NCBI GenBank assembly: GCA_963801165.1
Contig: CAWDDT010000007.1
Location: 96,001 to 160,000 of the forward strand
Origin: an uncultured bacterium
Lineage (GTDB): Bacteria > Actinomycetota > Acidimicrobiia > Spongiisociales > UBA5794
Direction of reading: 5' to 3'
Length of the DNA: 64,000 nt
Below the pieces are notes generated by a model. It was not told where the DNA came from. It ran no database searches and saw only the letters and a program-made list of their open reading frames with translations. Every line of letters begins with the position of its first letter. Position 1 is the stretch's first letter. Position numbers and translations under genes: made by a program. Below are positions 39,164 through 49,133 of the stretch, one piece after another.

Positions 39164-39937
39164 GTGTTGCTCGATAGGTTGCTGTCCCCACTCGAGCTCG
39201 ACACCCGGGAAGATGCCGTGGCCGATCGAATGGCCTTCATCGTCATCATCACCGGGACCTTGCTCCTATACGTCTTCCGCTACTGGGGACGGCCCGAGTA
39301 CTTTCTCCGGTCGGGCATGGTCGACTGGGTCTCGAGCGGCCTCGGCGGTCCGCTGGAGACCCACCCCGGCGTCGGTGCGTATCTCTACTGGGGTGCGACG
39401 TCTCTGGCTCTGCGCACGCTGGTGCCGGCCGGGGTGATCGCCTGGGTCATCAGGGAGTCTCCTCGAGACTGGGGTTTCCGGCTCCGGGGCATTCGCAGGC
39501 ATTTCCGCGTATACGGAGTCATGTACCTGGTGATGTTCCCGGTCTTGTTCTGGGCGTCGGGTTTCGCCAGCTTCCGCAGCTACTACCCGTTTTACAAGCA
39601 GGCGGCCGATGGCGGGTCGGCGTTCTGGCTCTACGAGATCGGCTACGCCTTTCAGTTCGTCGGTATCGAGGCGTTCTTCAGAGGGTTCCTGACATTCGGG
39701 TTGACGAAGCGGTTCGGTGTCCTGGGGATCGCCATCATGACCGTCCCGTACACGATGATCCACTTCGGTAAACCCGCCCCTGAAGCGTTTGCCGCGATCA
39801 TCGCCGGCTATGTGCTCGGCTACCTGGCCTTGAGGTCAAAGAGCTTCGTGCCCGGCATCTTCCTCCACGTCGGCGTCGCGGTAACGATGGACGTCCTGGT
39901 GCTGTGGCGGGCAGGCGCCCTGGGGAGGTTGCTGTAG
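39164..39937 (+). CDS. CPBP (Abi/CAAX type II) intramembrane metalloprotease
   Basis: Multi-TM, IEAFFRG, MIHFGKP, IFLHVG; start after GGAGGA inferred. Confidence 0.85.
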   Translation: MLLDRLLSPLELDTREDAVADRMAFIVIITGTLLLYVFRYWGRPEYFLRSGMVDWVSSGLGGPLETHPGVGAYLYWGATSLALRTLVPAGVIAWVIRESPRDWGFRLRGIRRHFRVYGVMYLVMFPVLFWASGFASFRSYYPFYKQAADGGSAFWLYEIGYAFQFVGIEAFFRGFLTFGLTKRFGVLGIAIMTVPYTMIHFGKPAPEAFAAIIAGYVLGYLALRSKSFVPGIFLHVGVAVTMDVLVLWRAGALGRLL

Positions 39938-40176
39938 GTGCGAGGTTGAGCGTTTCACATTTTCTGTGAGCTGGAGTTCTGTGAGCTGGGAGCAAATAGC
40001 GATCCCCCATTTCGGGGGGATCGGCCCGGCGTAGCCTGGACGAGGGGGTCTGGCCCCGCCCTCCCGCCAGGGGAGGGCTGCTACTGCAGATACCGTGGAC
40101 TGAGGATTTGCGGCGAAAGGCACCGCCGGCGTGGCCGGGGTAGGGGACGCCACATTCGGCGGCGGGACTATCACAG

Positions 40177-40214
40177 AAGTGCCCAGGAAAGTGCCCCAGG
40201 AAAGTGCCCCAGGC
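40177..40214. repeat. Triplicated 12-13-bp copy of the tRNA-Arg 3' end
   Basis: AAGTGCCCAGGA / AAGTGCCCCAGGA / AAGTGCCCCAGGC; the third copy is the tRNA acceptor end. Confidence 0.8.
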
Positions 40215-40276
40215 AGGAATCGAACCTGCGCACCCGGCTCCGGAGGCCGGTGCTCTATCCCCTGAGCTACTGGGGC
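40205..40276 (-). tRNA. tRNA-Arg(CCG)
   Basis: GCCCCAGTAGCTCAGGGGATAGAGCA-CCGGC-CT-CCG-GA-GCCGG-GTGC-GCAGGTTCGATTCCTGC-CTGGGGCA; CCA not encoded. Confidence 0.97.
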
Positions 40277-40389
40277 GCAGTGGGGAGTGTACCAAGCCGA
40301 AGGTACTGTCGGCCGAACGAAGGTTCTTGGCCCCGGGCCTATCCTTGCACGGCCCACCAACAGGAACGCCCCGCTAACAGGAAACCCTG

Positions 40390-42147
40390 ATGTCACTAGC
40401 CGCAACGCTCTCTGAGATCTTCGGCGATGCCTTCGCCGCCCGGGGACTCGACCGGTCCTTTGGGCAGGTGGTGGTGTCGGCGCGTCCCGATCTTGCGCAG
40501 TTCCAGTGCAACGGGGCGATGCCGGCCGGCAAAGAGGCGAAGAGGAACCCGCGTGAGGTGGGCCAGGCTGTGTTGGATTCGATCGCCGACACGACGGCAT
40601 TCGACAAACTCGAGCTGGCGGGACCCGGGTTCATCAATATCACGCTCACCGACGAATACCTGTCCGCCTTTATCGATCGTCTCGATGGCCGGTTCGGAAC
40701 CAGCCGGCAGGAGAAGAAGCGGATAGTCGTGGACTACGGTGGTCCCAACGTCGCCAAGGAGCTCCACGTGGGACACCTGCGGCCCGCCATCATCGGCGAG
40801 AGCGCAAAGCGAATCCTCCGCTTCCTCGGCCACGACGTGACCGGCGATGTCCATCTCGGCGACTGGGGTTTGCCGTACGGGCAGCTGCTGGCCGAGCTCG
40901 CCGAGCGGTACCCGGATTGGCCGTACTTCGACGAGACGAAGATCGACGGGTTTCCCGAGACCTCACCGGTGACCATCGAAGACCTCCAGGTCATGTACCC
41001 GGAGGCGGCAGCCCATGCCAAGGACGATCTCGACTTCGCCGCCCGGGCTCGGGCCGCGGTGGTCGATCTCCAAGCCGGGCGTCCCGGCTATCGGGCGCTG
41101 TGGCAGCACATGAGAGATGTGTCGATAGCCGCCATGGAGACGGTCTACGGCCGGCTCAATGTGCACTTCGAATTGTGGCACGGCGAGAGCACGATCAACG
41201 ATCTCCTGGAACCGATGGTGAATCGGCTGGTCGGCGAGGGCTACGCCCACGAAAGCGACGGAGCGATGATCATCGACGTGATGACCGATGCGGACTCTAA
41301 GGAGGTACCTCCGTTTCTGCTCCTCAAGTCGGACGGTGCGTCGCTCTACACAACCTCTGATCTGGCCACCATCGAATACCGGATCGAGGAGCTCGATGCC
41401 CAGGAGATCCTCTACTTTGTCGACGTGCGCCAGGGGCTGCACTTCGAACAGGTCTTCCGGGCCGCCTACAAGACGGGTATCGCTCCTCCCGATGTCGTGC
41501 TCGAGCATGACGGCAACGGCACCGTGAACGGACCAGACGGCCGACCGTTCCGTACTCGAGACGGTGGCCTGCTGACCCTCAGAGAGCTGATCGACATGGT
41601 GGTGGCGCGCGCCGCCGAGCGCATCGACGAGAACGCTCTGGCTACCGAGCTGGGAGTCGACGAGAAGGCCGGGATCGCCGAGATGGTCGGCGTTGCCGCG
41701 CTCAAATACGGGGATCTGCAGAACCACCGGGCCTCGAGCTACAACTTCGACATAGACCGGTTCACATCCTTCGACGGGAAGACGGGCCCCTACCTCCTAT
41801 ACGGAGCCGTCCGGATGAAGTCGATCCTTCGGGAGACGACGAGCCGCGGCTTCGCCGCCGGACGCGTCCTCCCCGCCGAACGTGACCAGGAACGAAACCT
41901 GATGTTGCAGTTGGCCCGGCTGCCTGAGGTTGTCGAGCGAGCTGCCGCGTATCGGGCACCGAATCACCTCGCCGAATACGCCTACGAGATGGTTGCCGAA
42001 TTCAGCCGCTTCTACGAGGCGTGCCACATCCTGACCGAGAGGGACGAGGCACGCCGCGCGTCGTGGATCCATCTCATCGAACTGACCCTGGCCGGGCTGA
42101 CCACCCTGCTCGATCTCCTCGCGATCGAAGCGCCGGAGCGCATGTGA
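40390..42147 (+). CDS. argS: Arginine--tRNA ligase
   Basis: AGPGFIN, DYGGPNVAKELHVGHLR, HLGDWG, GKTGPYLLY, C-terminal PERM. Confidence 0.96.
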   Translation: MSLAATLSEIFGDAFAARGLDRSFGQVVVSARPDLAQFQCNGAMPAGKEAKRNPREVGQAVLDSIADTTAFDKLELAGPGFINITLTDEYLSAFIDRLDGRFGTSRQEKKRIVVDYGGPNVAKELHVGHLRPAIIGESAKRILRFLGHDVTGDVHLGDWGLPYGQLLAELAERYPDWPYFDETKIDGFPETSPVTIEDLQVMYPEAAAHAKDDLDFAARARAAVVDLQAGRPGYRALWQHMRDVSIAAMETVYGRLNVHFELWHGESTINDLLEPMVNRLVGEGYAHESDGAMIIDVMTDADSKEVPPFLLLKSDGASLYTTSDLATIEYRIEELDAQEILYFVDVRQGLHFEQVFRAAYKTGIAPPDVVLEHDGNGTVNGPDGRPFRTRDGGLLTLRELIDMVVARAAERIDENALATELGVDEKAGIAEMVGVAALKYGDLQNHRASSYNFDIDRFTSFDGKTGPYLLYGAVRMKSILRETTSRGFAAGRVLPAERDQERNLMLQLARLPEVVERAAAYRAPNHLAEYAYEMVAEFSRFYEACHILTERDEARRASWIHLIELTLAGLTTLLDLLAIEAPERM

Positions 42148-43421
42148 GCGGCGGCCCGATCCCTGAGTATCTGCTCCCCGACAACGCCACTGTGACCGCA
42201 GGGCGGCTCTCGATCGGGGGAGTCGACCTGCTCGACCTGGCCGCCGAGCACGGGACCCCCCTGTTTGTCTACGACGAGGACCACCTGCGGTCCCGGTGCA
42301 GGGAAGCCGTCGCCGCGTTCGGTGACGGTGTCGCCTACGCCACCAAGGCATTCCTGTCGCAGGCGATGGCCCGGCTGGCCTGGGAGGAGGGGATGCACCT
42401 CGACGTGGCGACAGGGGGAGAGCTTCATGTTGCGCTGAGCGCCGGCGTCCCTGCGTCGCGTCTCGTGATGCACGGCAACAACAAGTCGATGGTCGAGCTG
42501 GAGATGGCCATCGACGCCGGGGTGGGCCGAATCGTCGTCGACTCGTTCGAAGAGATCAATCGGTTGGCGTCGCTCGTCGCCTCGGGACGGCCGGTGCCGA
42601 AGGTGCTGGTCAGGGTCAACCCGGGGATAGACGTCCACACCCACGAGTACCTGCAAACCGGTGTGCCCGACTCCAAGTTCGGGTTCGGGGTATCAACCGG
42701 AGATGCCCATCGGGCGCTCGAGCTGGTCCGGCAATCAGAAGCGATGGAGCTGATCGGAGTCCACGCTCACATCGGTAGTCAGGTGTTCGTTGCCGACTCG
42801 TACAGCAAGGCGATCGGAACGCTGGCCCCGTTCGTCAAGATGCACGGTCTCGGCGAGCTGTCGATTGGTGGCGGGCTCGGAGTCGCCTACGTGACCGGGG
42901 AATCGGCGCCGACGATCACCGACTGGGCAGAGTCCGTGCATCGGGCGTGCCGGGAACACGGCATCGGAGCCCGGGTCACCGCAGAGCCGGGGCGTTCGAT
43001 CGTCGCCCGAGGCGCGGTGACGCTTTACACGGTGGGCACGATCAAGGACATCGACTCCATTCGCACCTATGTCGCCGTCGATGGCGGGATGAGCGACAAC
43101 CCGCGGCCGGTGCTGTACGGGAGTGGTTACGAGGCGTTTCTGCCCCGCGCCGCCGATGCGCGGCGGGACAAGACGGTGCGTGTCGTCGGCAAACATTGCG
43201 AGTCGGGTGACGTCATCGTCAACGAGGCGGATGTCCCGTCGGACATCAGCGTTGGGGACATATTGTGCACCCCGGTCACCGGGGCTTACGGGCACTCGAT
43301 GGGATCCAACTACAACATGGTGCTGCGGCCCGCGGTTGTGTTCGTCTGCGCCGGAACAGTGCGACCGGTGGTCCGGCGCGAGACATACGAAGATCTAATC
43401 CGACGAGACGTTGTCGATTGA
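42144..43421 (+). CDS. lysA: Diaminopimelate decarboxylase
   Basis: GTPLFVYD, YATKAF, HGNNKS, SKFG, HAHIGSQ, EPGRS, GKHCESGD; GTG overlaps the argS stop. Confidence 0.95.
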   Translation: MSGGPIPEYLLPDNATVTAGRLSIGGVDLLDLAAEHGTPLFVYDEDHLRSRCREAVAAFGDGVAYATKAFLSQAMARLAWEEGMHLDVATGGELHVALSAGVPASRLVMHGNNKSMVELEMAIDAGVGRIVVDSFEEINRLASLVASGRPVPKVLVRVNPGIDVHTHEYLQTGVPDSKFGFGVSTGDAHRALELVRQSEAMELIGVHAHIGSQVFVADSYSKAIGTLAPFVKMHGLGELSIGGGLGVAYVTGESAPTITDWAESVHRACREHGIGARVTAEPGRSIVARGAVTLYTVGTIKDIDSIRTYVAVDGGMSDNPRPVLYGSGYEAFLPRAADARRDKTVRVVGKHCESGDVIVNEADVPSDISVGDILCTPVTGAYGHSMGSNYNMVLRPAVVFVCAGTVRPVVRRETYEDLIRRDVVD

Positions 43422-44675
43422 AACGCTGTCGATTGAAACGTTGTCGATTGAAACACCGCGATGCTGCAGCACTGCCAACCAGGTCGCCAGCATCAACAGG
43501 CCTACCACCCGGTCGTAGTGCAGAACGTCAAAAAGCAGGAAGCCGGAGATGGCGACTGCGAGCGCACCGCCACGCGGATCCGACCGAATGGCGCGCAGTA
43601 TTGCCCAGCCGACGAGGAGTGTGATGATCAACGCCGATGCGATCCCATTTTCGGCGGCGAGGGCAAGCGGTACGTTGTGGACGATGAACGGGTAGCGCGA
43701 ATCCACTGTGTAGGACTCCCTCATCGTGTCCATGTAATTTCCCGGTCCGACCCCGAGCAGGGGGTGGTCCGCGGTCATCTGGACCGCCTGTTTGGCGAGA
43801 GTTATGCGGCCGAGGCTGGCGTCATCGACGCCACCCGTCGTCGAGTGCTCGCCACGGTATGCCCACGCAGAACTCGTGAAGAGGGCGGCTACGAGAAAGC
43901 CGATGAGCAACGCCCCGCCGACGTTTCTCGAGTGGATGTCGCCCCGCCGTGCCGCCATAACGACGAAGACGGCGATCAACAGCAGCCCGAACAACGCCGC
44001 ACGGGAATGGGTGAGACCCACGGTCGCACCAGCCAACGCTGCGCCGCCTATCCACACCGGGCGTAGTCTTGCGGAATGCGGTGGTACGGCCAATGCCACG
44101 CCGGCGGCCAGCAGAGCAAGCGCGGCGGGCTCATAGACATGCGTCATGGTTCCCTGAGGACGTAACAAGCCGTCAATCACGCGCAGGTGCTCGTCGGGGG
44201 CCAGCACGTTCAGACCTACTGCCCGATCGGTGACGGTTTGGGCGATGATCAGAACCGTCTGCATCGCAGATGTCAACAGAAGCGGGAGGGCGATCCCCCT
44301 GGCGAGGTCCGTGTCGTCCCAGGATGCGGTGGCAACTACCAGCCCGGAACCGCACGCTGCTGCGATGGCGAGCAACAGTCCGGCGCCGTTGAAATGGTTG
44401 GCAGCAATGGCAAGCAGCATCAGCAGCGGTAGCAAGATGGCCGCAGCCTGAGCGGGATTCCTGCTGAAGCGGAATCGGGGCGCCGCCATGACCCCGGCGC
44501 ACGCGAGCAGCACAAACGGCAACAGCCACAATGCCGCGGAGAACTCGATTGCGATGACCATCGACGTTGCCGGCAAGAGGAAGATCGCGATCGGGATAAT
44601 GGCCCGGGGCAGTTGCTCCACGGCATCTCGCGCCGTCCCCGGACCGGTGCGACGTCTGGGAGGAGTCTGGGTCAT
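43395..44675 (-). CDS. O-antigen ligase (Wzy_C) family membrane protein
   Basis: About 11-12 TMs, RPQGT, LTHSRAA, HPLLGVGPGNY, VHNVPLALAAENG. Confidence 0.85.
   Translation of the reverse strand: MTQTPPRRRTGPGTARDAVEQLPRAIIPIAIFLLPATSMVIAIEFSAALWLLPFVLLACAGVMAAPRFRFSRNPAQAAAILLPLLMLLAIAANHFNGAGLLLAIAAACGSGLVVATASWDDTDLARGIALPLLLTSAMQTVLIIAQTVTDRAVGLNVLAPDEHLRVIDGLLRPQGTMTHVYEPAALALLAAGVALAVPPHSARLRPVWIGGAALAGATVGLTHSRAALFGLLLIAVFVVMAARRGDIHSRNVGGALLIGFLVAALFTSSAWAYRGEHSTTGGVDDASLGRITLAKQAVQMTADHPLLGVGPGNYMDTMRESYTVDSRYPFIVHNVPLALAAENGIASALIITLLVGWAILRAIRSDPRGGALAVAISGFLLFDVLHYDRVVGLLMLATWLAVLQHRGVSIDNVSIDSVSIDNVSSD
43408..43452. repeat. 15-bp tandem repeat x3 across the lysA stop codon
   Basis: ACGTTGTCGATTGAA / ACGCTGTCGATTGAA / ACGTTGTCGATTGAA. 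Confidence 0.88.
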
Positions 44676-44776
44676 GGTGCGATATCGGATGGCAGGGCCC
44701 CGACTGTAGTAGTAGGCGTGTCGTGTGATCGTGCAGCGATGATCGGCAGCGGCGGTTCAGGGGCTATCGTCGCCCC

Positions 44777-46063
44777 ATGAACACGATAGGGATTGGCCTC
44801 CTCGGGGCGGGCACGGTTGGTGGGACGCTGATTCACCGGCTCGTATCGGAACATTCGGCGATCGCGGCAAAGACGGGTCTCGACCTCCAGATCCGTCGGG
44901 TTGCGGTCCGTGACCTGTCCAAGCCACGCAGCTTCGACCTGCCCGCCGGGATCGTCACCACGGACGCCGCCGCGCTTGTCGATGATCCTACGGTTGACCT
45001 GGTGGTCGAGGTCATGGGCGGCCAGGTTCCTGCCGGCGATCTGATCCTCCGGGCGCTCGAGTCGGGTAAGCCGGTGGTGACGGCAAACAAGGAATTGATC
45101 GCCGTCCGCGGCGACGAGTTGATCGCGGCCGCCGAGCGGTCCGGTGTCGCGCTCCTGTTCGAGGCCTCGGTCGGTGGCGGCATTCCAATCATTCGCCCCC
45201 TGTCCGAAACGCTTGCGGGGGAGCGCATCACCCGGGTGATGGGGATCGTCAATGGGACCACGAATTACATCCTCACCCGCATGTCGGAGGACGGCGCCTC
45301 CTACGACGAAGCTCTGTCCCAGGCGCAGGAGCTGGGCTACGCCGAGCCGGACCCGACAGCCGACGTCGAGGGCGCCGACGCGGCCGCCAAGGCGGCGATT
45401 CTGGCAAGTCTCGCCTTCGGTACGTGGGTTGGCCTCGACCAGGTCTCCCATACCGGGATCACCGGAATCACCGCGGCCGACATCGCCCACGCCCGCAACC
45501 TGGGGTACGTCATCAAGCTGCTCGGCATCGCCGAGGTGACGCCAAACGGCGTCTCGGCTCGGGTGCATCCCGTGCTGCTCCCATCCGATCATCCTCTGTC
45601 CGCGATCCGTGGCGCCACCAACGCGATATTCATCGAGGGCCCTTCCATCGACACCTTGCTCTTCGCCGGGCCGGGGGCCGGGGGAGAGCCGACGGCGACG
45701 GCGGTGCTGGGCGATGTGATCGATGCAGCCCGCGAGATACTCGCCGGTGCCCAGGTCGCCCCGCGTATACGCTTTGCCCCGTCGGCACTCGCAGACTTCG
45801 GGACCGTGCCGACGAAGTGGTATGTCAGGCTCGAAGTCGTCGACGAGCCCGGGGTGCTTGCCCAGATCGCGGCGGCGTTCGGGGAGGCGAAAGTCAGCAT
45901 CAAATCGGTCTGGCAGGAGGGGGCCGCCGACGAGGCCACGCTGCTGATCGTTACACACAGCGCTCCGGAATCCGACCAGCAGAATGCCCTCGCGGCAGTC
46001 CGCAGGCTGGACTGCGTCAACGCGGTGGCTGCCGCGATCCGGGTGGAGAGCGAGGACCTATGA
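44777..46063 (+). CDS. hom: Homoserine dehydrogenase (with ACT domain)
   Basis: [46 protein letters not shown]. Confidence 0.96.
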   Translation: MNTIGIGLLGAGTVGGTLIHRLVSEHSAIAAKTGLDLQIRRVAVRDLSKPRSFDLPAGIVTTDAAALVDDPTVDLVVEVMGGQVPAGDLILRALESGKPVVTANKELIAVRGDELIAAAERSGVALLFEASVGGGIPIIRPLSETLAGERITRVMGIVNGTTNYILTRMSEDGASYDEALSQAQELGYAEPDPTADVEGADAAAKAAILASLAFGTWVGLDQVSHTGITGITAADIAHARNLGYVIKLLGIAEVTPNGVSARVHPVLLPSDHPLSAIRGATNAIFIEGPSIDTLLFAGPGAGGEPTATAVLGDVIDAAREILAGAQVAPRIRFAPSALADFGTVPTKWYVRLEVVDEPGVLAQIAAAFGEAKVSIKSVWQEGAADEATLLIVTHSAPESDQQNALAAVRRLDCVNAVAAAIRVESEDL

Positions 46064-47082
46064 GCTGGCCGGGTGTCATCGCCAAATACCGGGACCGACT
46101 GTCGGTAACCGATGCCACCCCGGTGGTCACACTGCTCGAGGGCAACACCCCCTTGATCGAGGCCACGGTCATCTCGGGTCTTGTGGAACGCCCGGTGTAT
46201 CTCAAGTACGACGGCGCCAACCCGACCGGGTCGTTCAAGGATCGTGGGATGACGATGGCGGTTTCCAAGGCCCTCGAGTCGGGAGCCCGCGCTGTCGCTT
46301 GCGCCTCGACCGGAAACACGTCGGCGTCGGCCGCGGCCTACGCCGCACGTGCGGGGATAAAGGCGATAGTCATCCTCCCTGCCGGCAAGATCGCAAGGGG
46401 AAAGCTGGCCCAGGCGGTCAGCCATGGTGCGGATATCGTTCCGATCGTCGGCAATTTCGATGACGCCCTTGCCCTGGTCTTGGAGCTGACCTCGAGCCAC
46501 GACGTGGCGTTGGTCAACTCGATAAACCCGTTCCGTATCGAGGGCCAGCAGTCGGCTGCATGGGAGATCACTGAGGCCCTCGGCGACGCGCCTGTTGTCC
46601 ACGCCCTCCCCGTGGGCAACGCCGGAAACATCACCGCATACTGGGCCGGGTACACCCGCGAGGGGAAGACGCCACACATGTGGGGCTTCCAGGCCGCGGG
46701 AGCCGCCCCACTGGTCACCGGTGAGATCTTCGACGACCCGGAGACCATTGCCACCGCGATCCGGATAGGCAACCCGGCATCCTGGGACAAGGCGATCGCG
46801 GCTCGCGACGAGTCGGGCGGAAGGATCGAGGCGGTCACCGACGACGAGATCCTCGACGCCTACCGTCTGCTCTCTGCGCGCGAAGGCGTCTTCTGCGAGC
46901 CCGCGTCGGCGGCGTCGGTCGCCGGCATCCTGAAGTTCAAGGACGATCTGCCGCCCGGGCCGATCGTGTGCACCCTGACCGGCCACGGGCTCAAGGACCC
47001 GGATACCGCGGCCCGTGACTTTGGCGACGTCACACCCGTGGCACCCACCCTCGATGCAGTCATGGAGAAGCTCGGCTGGTAG
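46060..47082 (+). CDS. thrC: Threonine synthase
   Basis: [45 protein letters not shown]. Confidence 0.95.
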   Translation: MSWPGVIAKYRDRLSVTDATPVVTLLEGNTPLIEATVISGLVERPVYLKYDGANPTGSFKDRGMTMAVSKALESGARAVACASTGNTSASAAAYAARAGIKAIVILPAGKIARGKLAQAVSHGADIVPIVGNFDDALALVLELTSSHDVALVNSINPFRIEGQQSAAWEITEALGDAPVVHALPVGNAGNITAYWAGYTREGKTPHMWGFQAAGAAPLVTGEIFDDPETIATAIRIGNPASWDKAIAARDESGGRIEAVTDDEILDAYRLLSAREGVFCEPASAASVAGILKFKDDLPPGPIVCTLTGHGLKDPDTAARDFGDVTPVAPTLDAVMEKLGW

Positions 47083-47089
47083 GCCCGCT

Positions 47090-47117
47090 TTGCACAACGC
47101 GTTAGTCGGGTTAGACT
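47090..47117 (+). promoter_or_regulatory. Putative housekeeping-sigma promoter of rho
   Basis: TTGCAC-N16-TAGACT. Confidence 0.45.
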
Positions 47118-47242
47118 GACCTCCGGATCGTATATCCGTTTCCACCCTTTTTCGTGTGCGGCCTGCTGCGCCGAAGGCGCGTTCTGAATCCTGTTCGTAG
47201 GAGAAGCGCTCACCCGGAGTAGGAAACACCACGGGCACGACC

Positions 47243-48751
47243 ATGCCAGAACTCTCGGAAGGGAAACAATTGCCCATGACCACTACCCGAGCCAGACTCC
47301 AGGAGCTGGGCCTAGATGCCCTGCGCGAAATGGCCGGTTCCCTCGATGTCGAGCACGATGGGCTCCAGAAGACCAAGCTGATCTCGGCCATCATCGGCTC
47401 TGACAAGTTCGACGACGCAATGCTGCCCGAGGTCCCGCCCGAGGCGGAAGTGGCGACCACGGTGAAGCCGGACGAGAATTCCGGTGATGGGGATGAGGGC
47501 GGCTCGAGCGACGCTTCAAACAACGGCGAGGGCCGCGGTGGCCGCGACCAATCACAGGACTTTGACGGTGGCGGGGGCCGCAACCGTCGGCGTCGCAACA
47601 AGCGGCGGCAGCCGGAGCAAATCGACGAATCGGAGCTCGAGGTCCGCAGCGGGATCCTGGACATCCTCCCGGAGGGTTATGGGTTCCTCCGGTGCGATGG
47701 CTACCTGCCGAGCGAACGAGACGTCTACGTGCCGGCGAACCAGATCCGCAAGAACAAGCTGCGGAAGGGCGACATCTGCGAGGGCCCGATCCGGCCCGCC
47801 CGTGCGCAGGAGAAGTTCCCGGCCCTGGTGCGGGCGGTCAAGGTCAACGGCATTGACCCGGAGCAGGCGGAATCCCGACCCAAGTTCGCAAATCTAACCC
47901 CTCTGTTTCCGGACGTTCGGCTTCCTCTCGAGGTCGAAGGGCAGCACAACAACATCCTCACCAGGATTGTCGATCTCATCGCTCCGATCGGTAAGGGTCA
48001 GCGCGGGCTCATCGTCTCTCCGCCCAAGGCCGGGAAGACGACGGTGCTCAAGGAGCTGGCCAACTCGATCGCGGTCAACAACCCGGAGTGCTATCTCATG
48101 GTCGTGCTCGTCGATGAGCGGCCTGAGGAAGTCACCGACATGCAGCGCTCGGTGCGTGGTGAAGTGATCTTCTCGACGTTCGATCGCCCCGCCGAGGAGC
48201 ACACCCAGGTTTCCGAGCTGGCGATCGAGCGGGCCAAGCGAATGGTCGAGATGGGCACCGACGTCGTCGTGTTGCTCGACTCGATCACCCGTCTCGCTCG
48301 AGCCCACAACCTGGCTACCCCGGCCTCGGGACGGATCCTGTCTGGTGGTGTGGACTCGACCGCCCTTTACCCGCCCAAGCGTTTCTTTGGTGCGGCTCGG
48401 AACATCGAGGAGGGGGGCAGCCTCACCATTCTCGGCACGGCGCTCGTCGAGACCGGCTCCCGGATGGACGAGGTCATCTTCGAGGAGTTCAAGGGCACCG
48501 GCAACATGGAGCTGCGTCTCGATCGCAAGCTGGCCGACAAGCGCATCTATCCGGCGATCGACATCGAGGCGTCGGGTACCCGTCGCGAGGAGCTGCTGTT
48601 CCAACCCGACGAGCTCACTGAGGTGTGGAAGCTGCGCCGGGTGCTGATGGCGCTCGAGCCGGGAGCGGCGCTCGAGCTTCTCATCGACCGCCTCAAGAAC
48701 ACCAAGTCCAACGCCGCTTTCCTCGGTGAGGTCGCCAAGAGCGGTCAGTAG
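47243..48751 (+). CDS. rho: Transcription termination factor Rho
   Basis: [47 protein letters not shown]; start may be 47276. Confidence 0.97.
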   Translation: MPELSEGKQLPMTTTRARLQELGLDALREMAGSLDVEHDGLQKTKLISAIIGSDKFDDAMLPEVPPEAEVATTVKPDENSGDGDEGGSSDASNNGEGRGGRDQSQDFDGGGGRNRRRRNKRRQPEQIDESELEVRSGILDILPEGYGFLRCDGYLPSERDVYVPANQIRKNKLRKGDICEGPIRPARAQEKFPALVRAVKVNGIDPEQAESRPKFANLTPLFPDVRLPLEVEGQHNNILTRIVDLIAPIGKGQRGLIVSPPKAGKTTVLKELANSIAVNNPECYLMVVLVDERPEEVTDMQRSVRGEVIFSTFDRPAEEHTQVSELAIERAKRMVEMGTDVVVLLDSITRLARAHNLATPASGRILSGGVDSTALYPPKRFFGAARNIEEGGSLTILGTALVETGSRMDEVIFEEFKGTGNMELRLDRKLADKRIYPAIDIEASGTRREELLFQPDELTEVWKLRRVLMALEPGAALELLIDRLKNTKSNAAFLGEVAKSGQ

Positions 48752-48788
48752 TAGAGTCCCGTGCTGAAAAGAACCAGGAGCTAGAGCC

Positions 48789-49082
48789 GTGAAGCCCGAC
48801 ATCCATCCCGAATACCGGCCGGTCGTGTATCAGGACACGTCCTCGGATTTCGCCTTTCTGACGCGGTCCACCATCCAGACGAGTGAGACGATCGAGTGGA
48901 CCGACGGTGAGACCTATCCGCTGGCCAAGCTCGAGATATCGAGCGCCAGCCATCCCTTCTACACCGGTAAGCAGATCCTCGTCGACTCCGGTGGTCGCGT
49001 CGAGCGATTCCGTCGCCGCTATGCCAAGGTTGGCGTTGATACCGAGCGCAAGGCCAAGCAACCTACCGATGCCGACAAGTAG
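48789..49082 (+). CDS. rpmE2: 50S ribosomal protein L31 type B
   Basis: [13 protein letters not shown]...[14 protein letters not shown]...GRVERF; no Cys. Confidence 0.93.
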   Translation: MKPDIHPEYRPVVYQDTSSDFAFLTRSTIQTSETIEWTDGETYPLAKLEISSASHPFYTGKQILVDSGGRVERFRRRYAKVGVDTERKAKQPTDADK

Positions 49083-49133
49083 GTGTCCTGTCTGGTGCCG
49101 TTGCTGAGCGGCAACATCCGGACGGGGTGTTAG

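Noticed and set aside
36586-40204. Integrated island or prophage at tRNA-Arg
   Set aside because: No integrase, no distal att copy seen, and the flanking genes have host-like composition.
40277-40389. T-box leader for argS
   Set aside because: The region is too short and has no GGTGGNACCGCG-like T-box sequence.
45589-47664. 691-aa antisense ORF
   Set aside because: Overlaps hom, thrC and rho on the opposite strand; shadow ORF.
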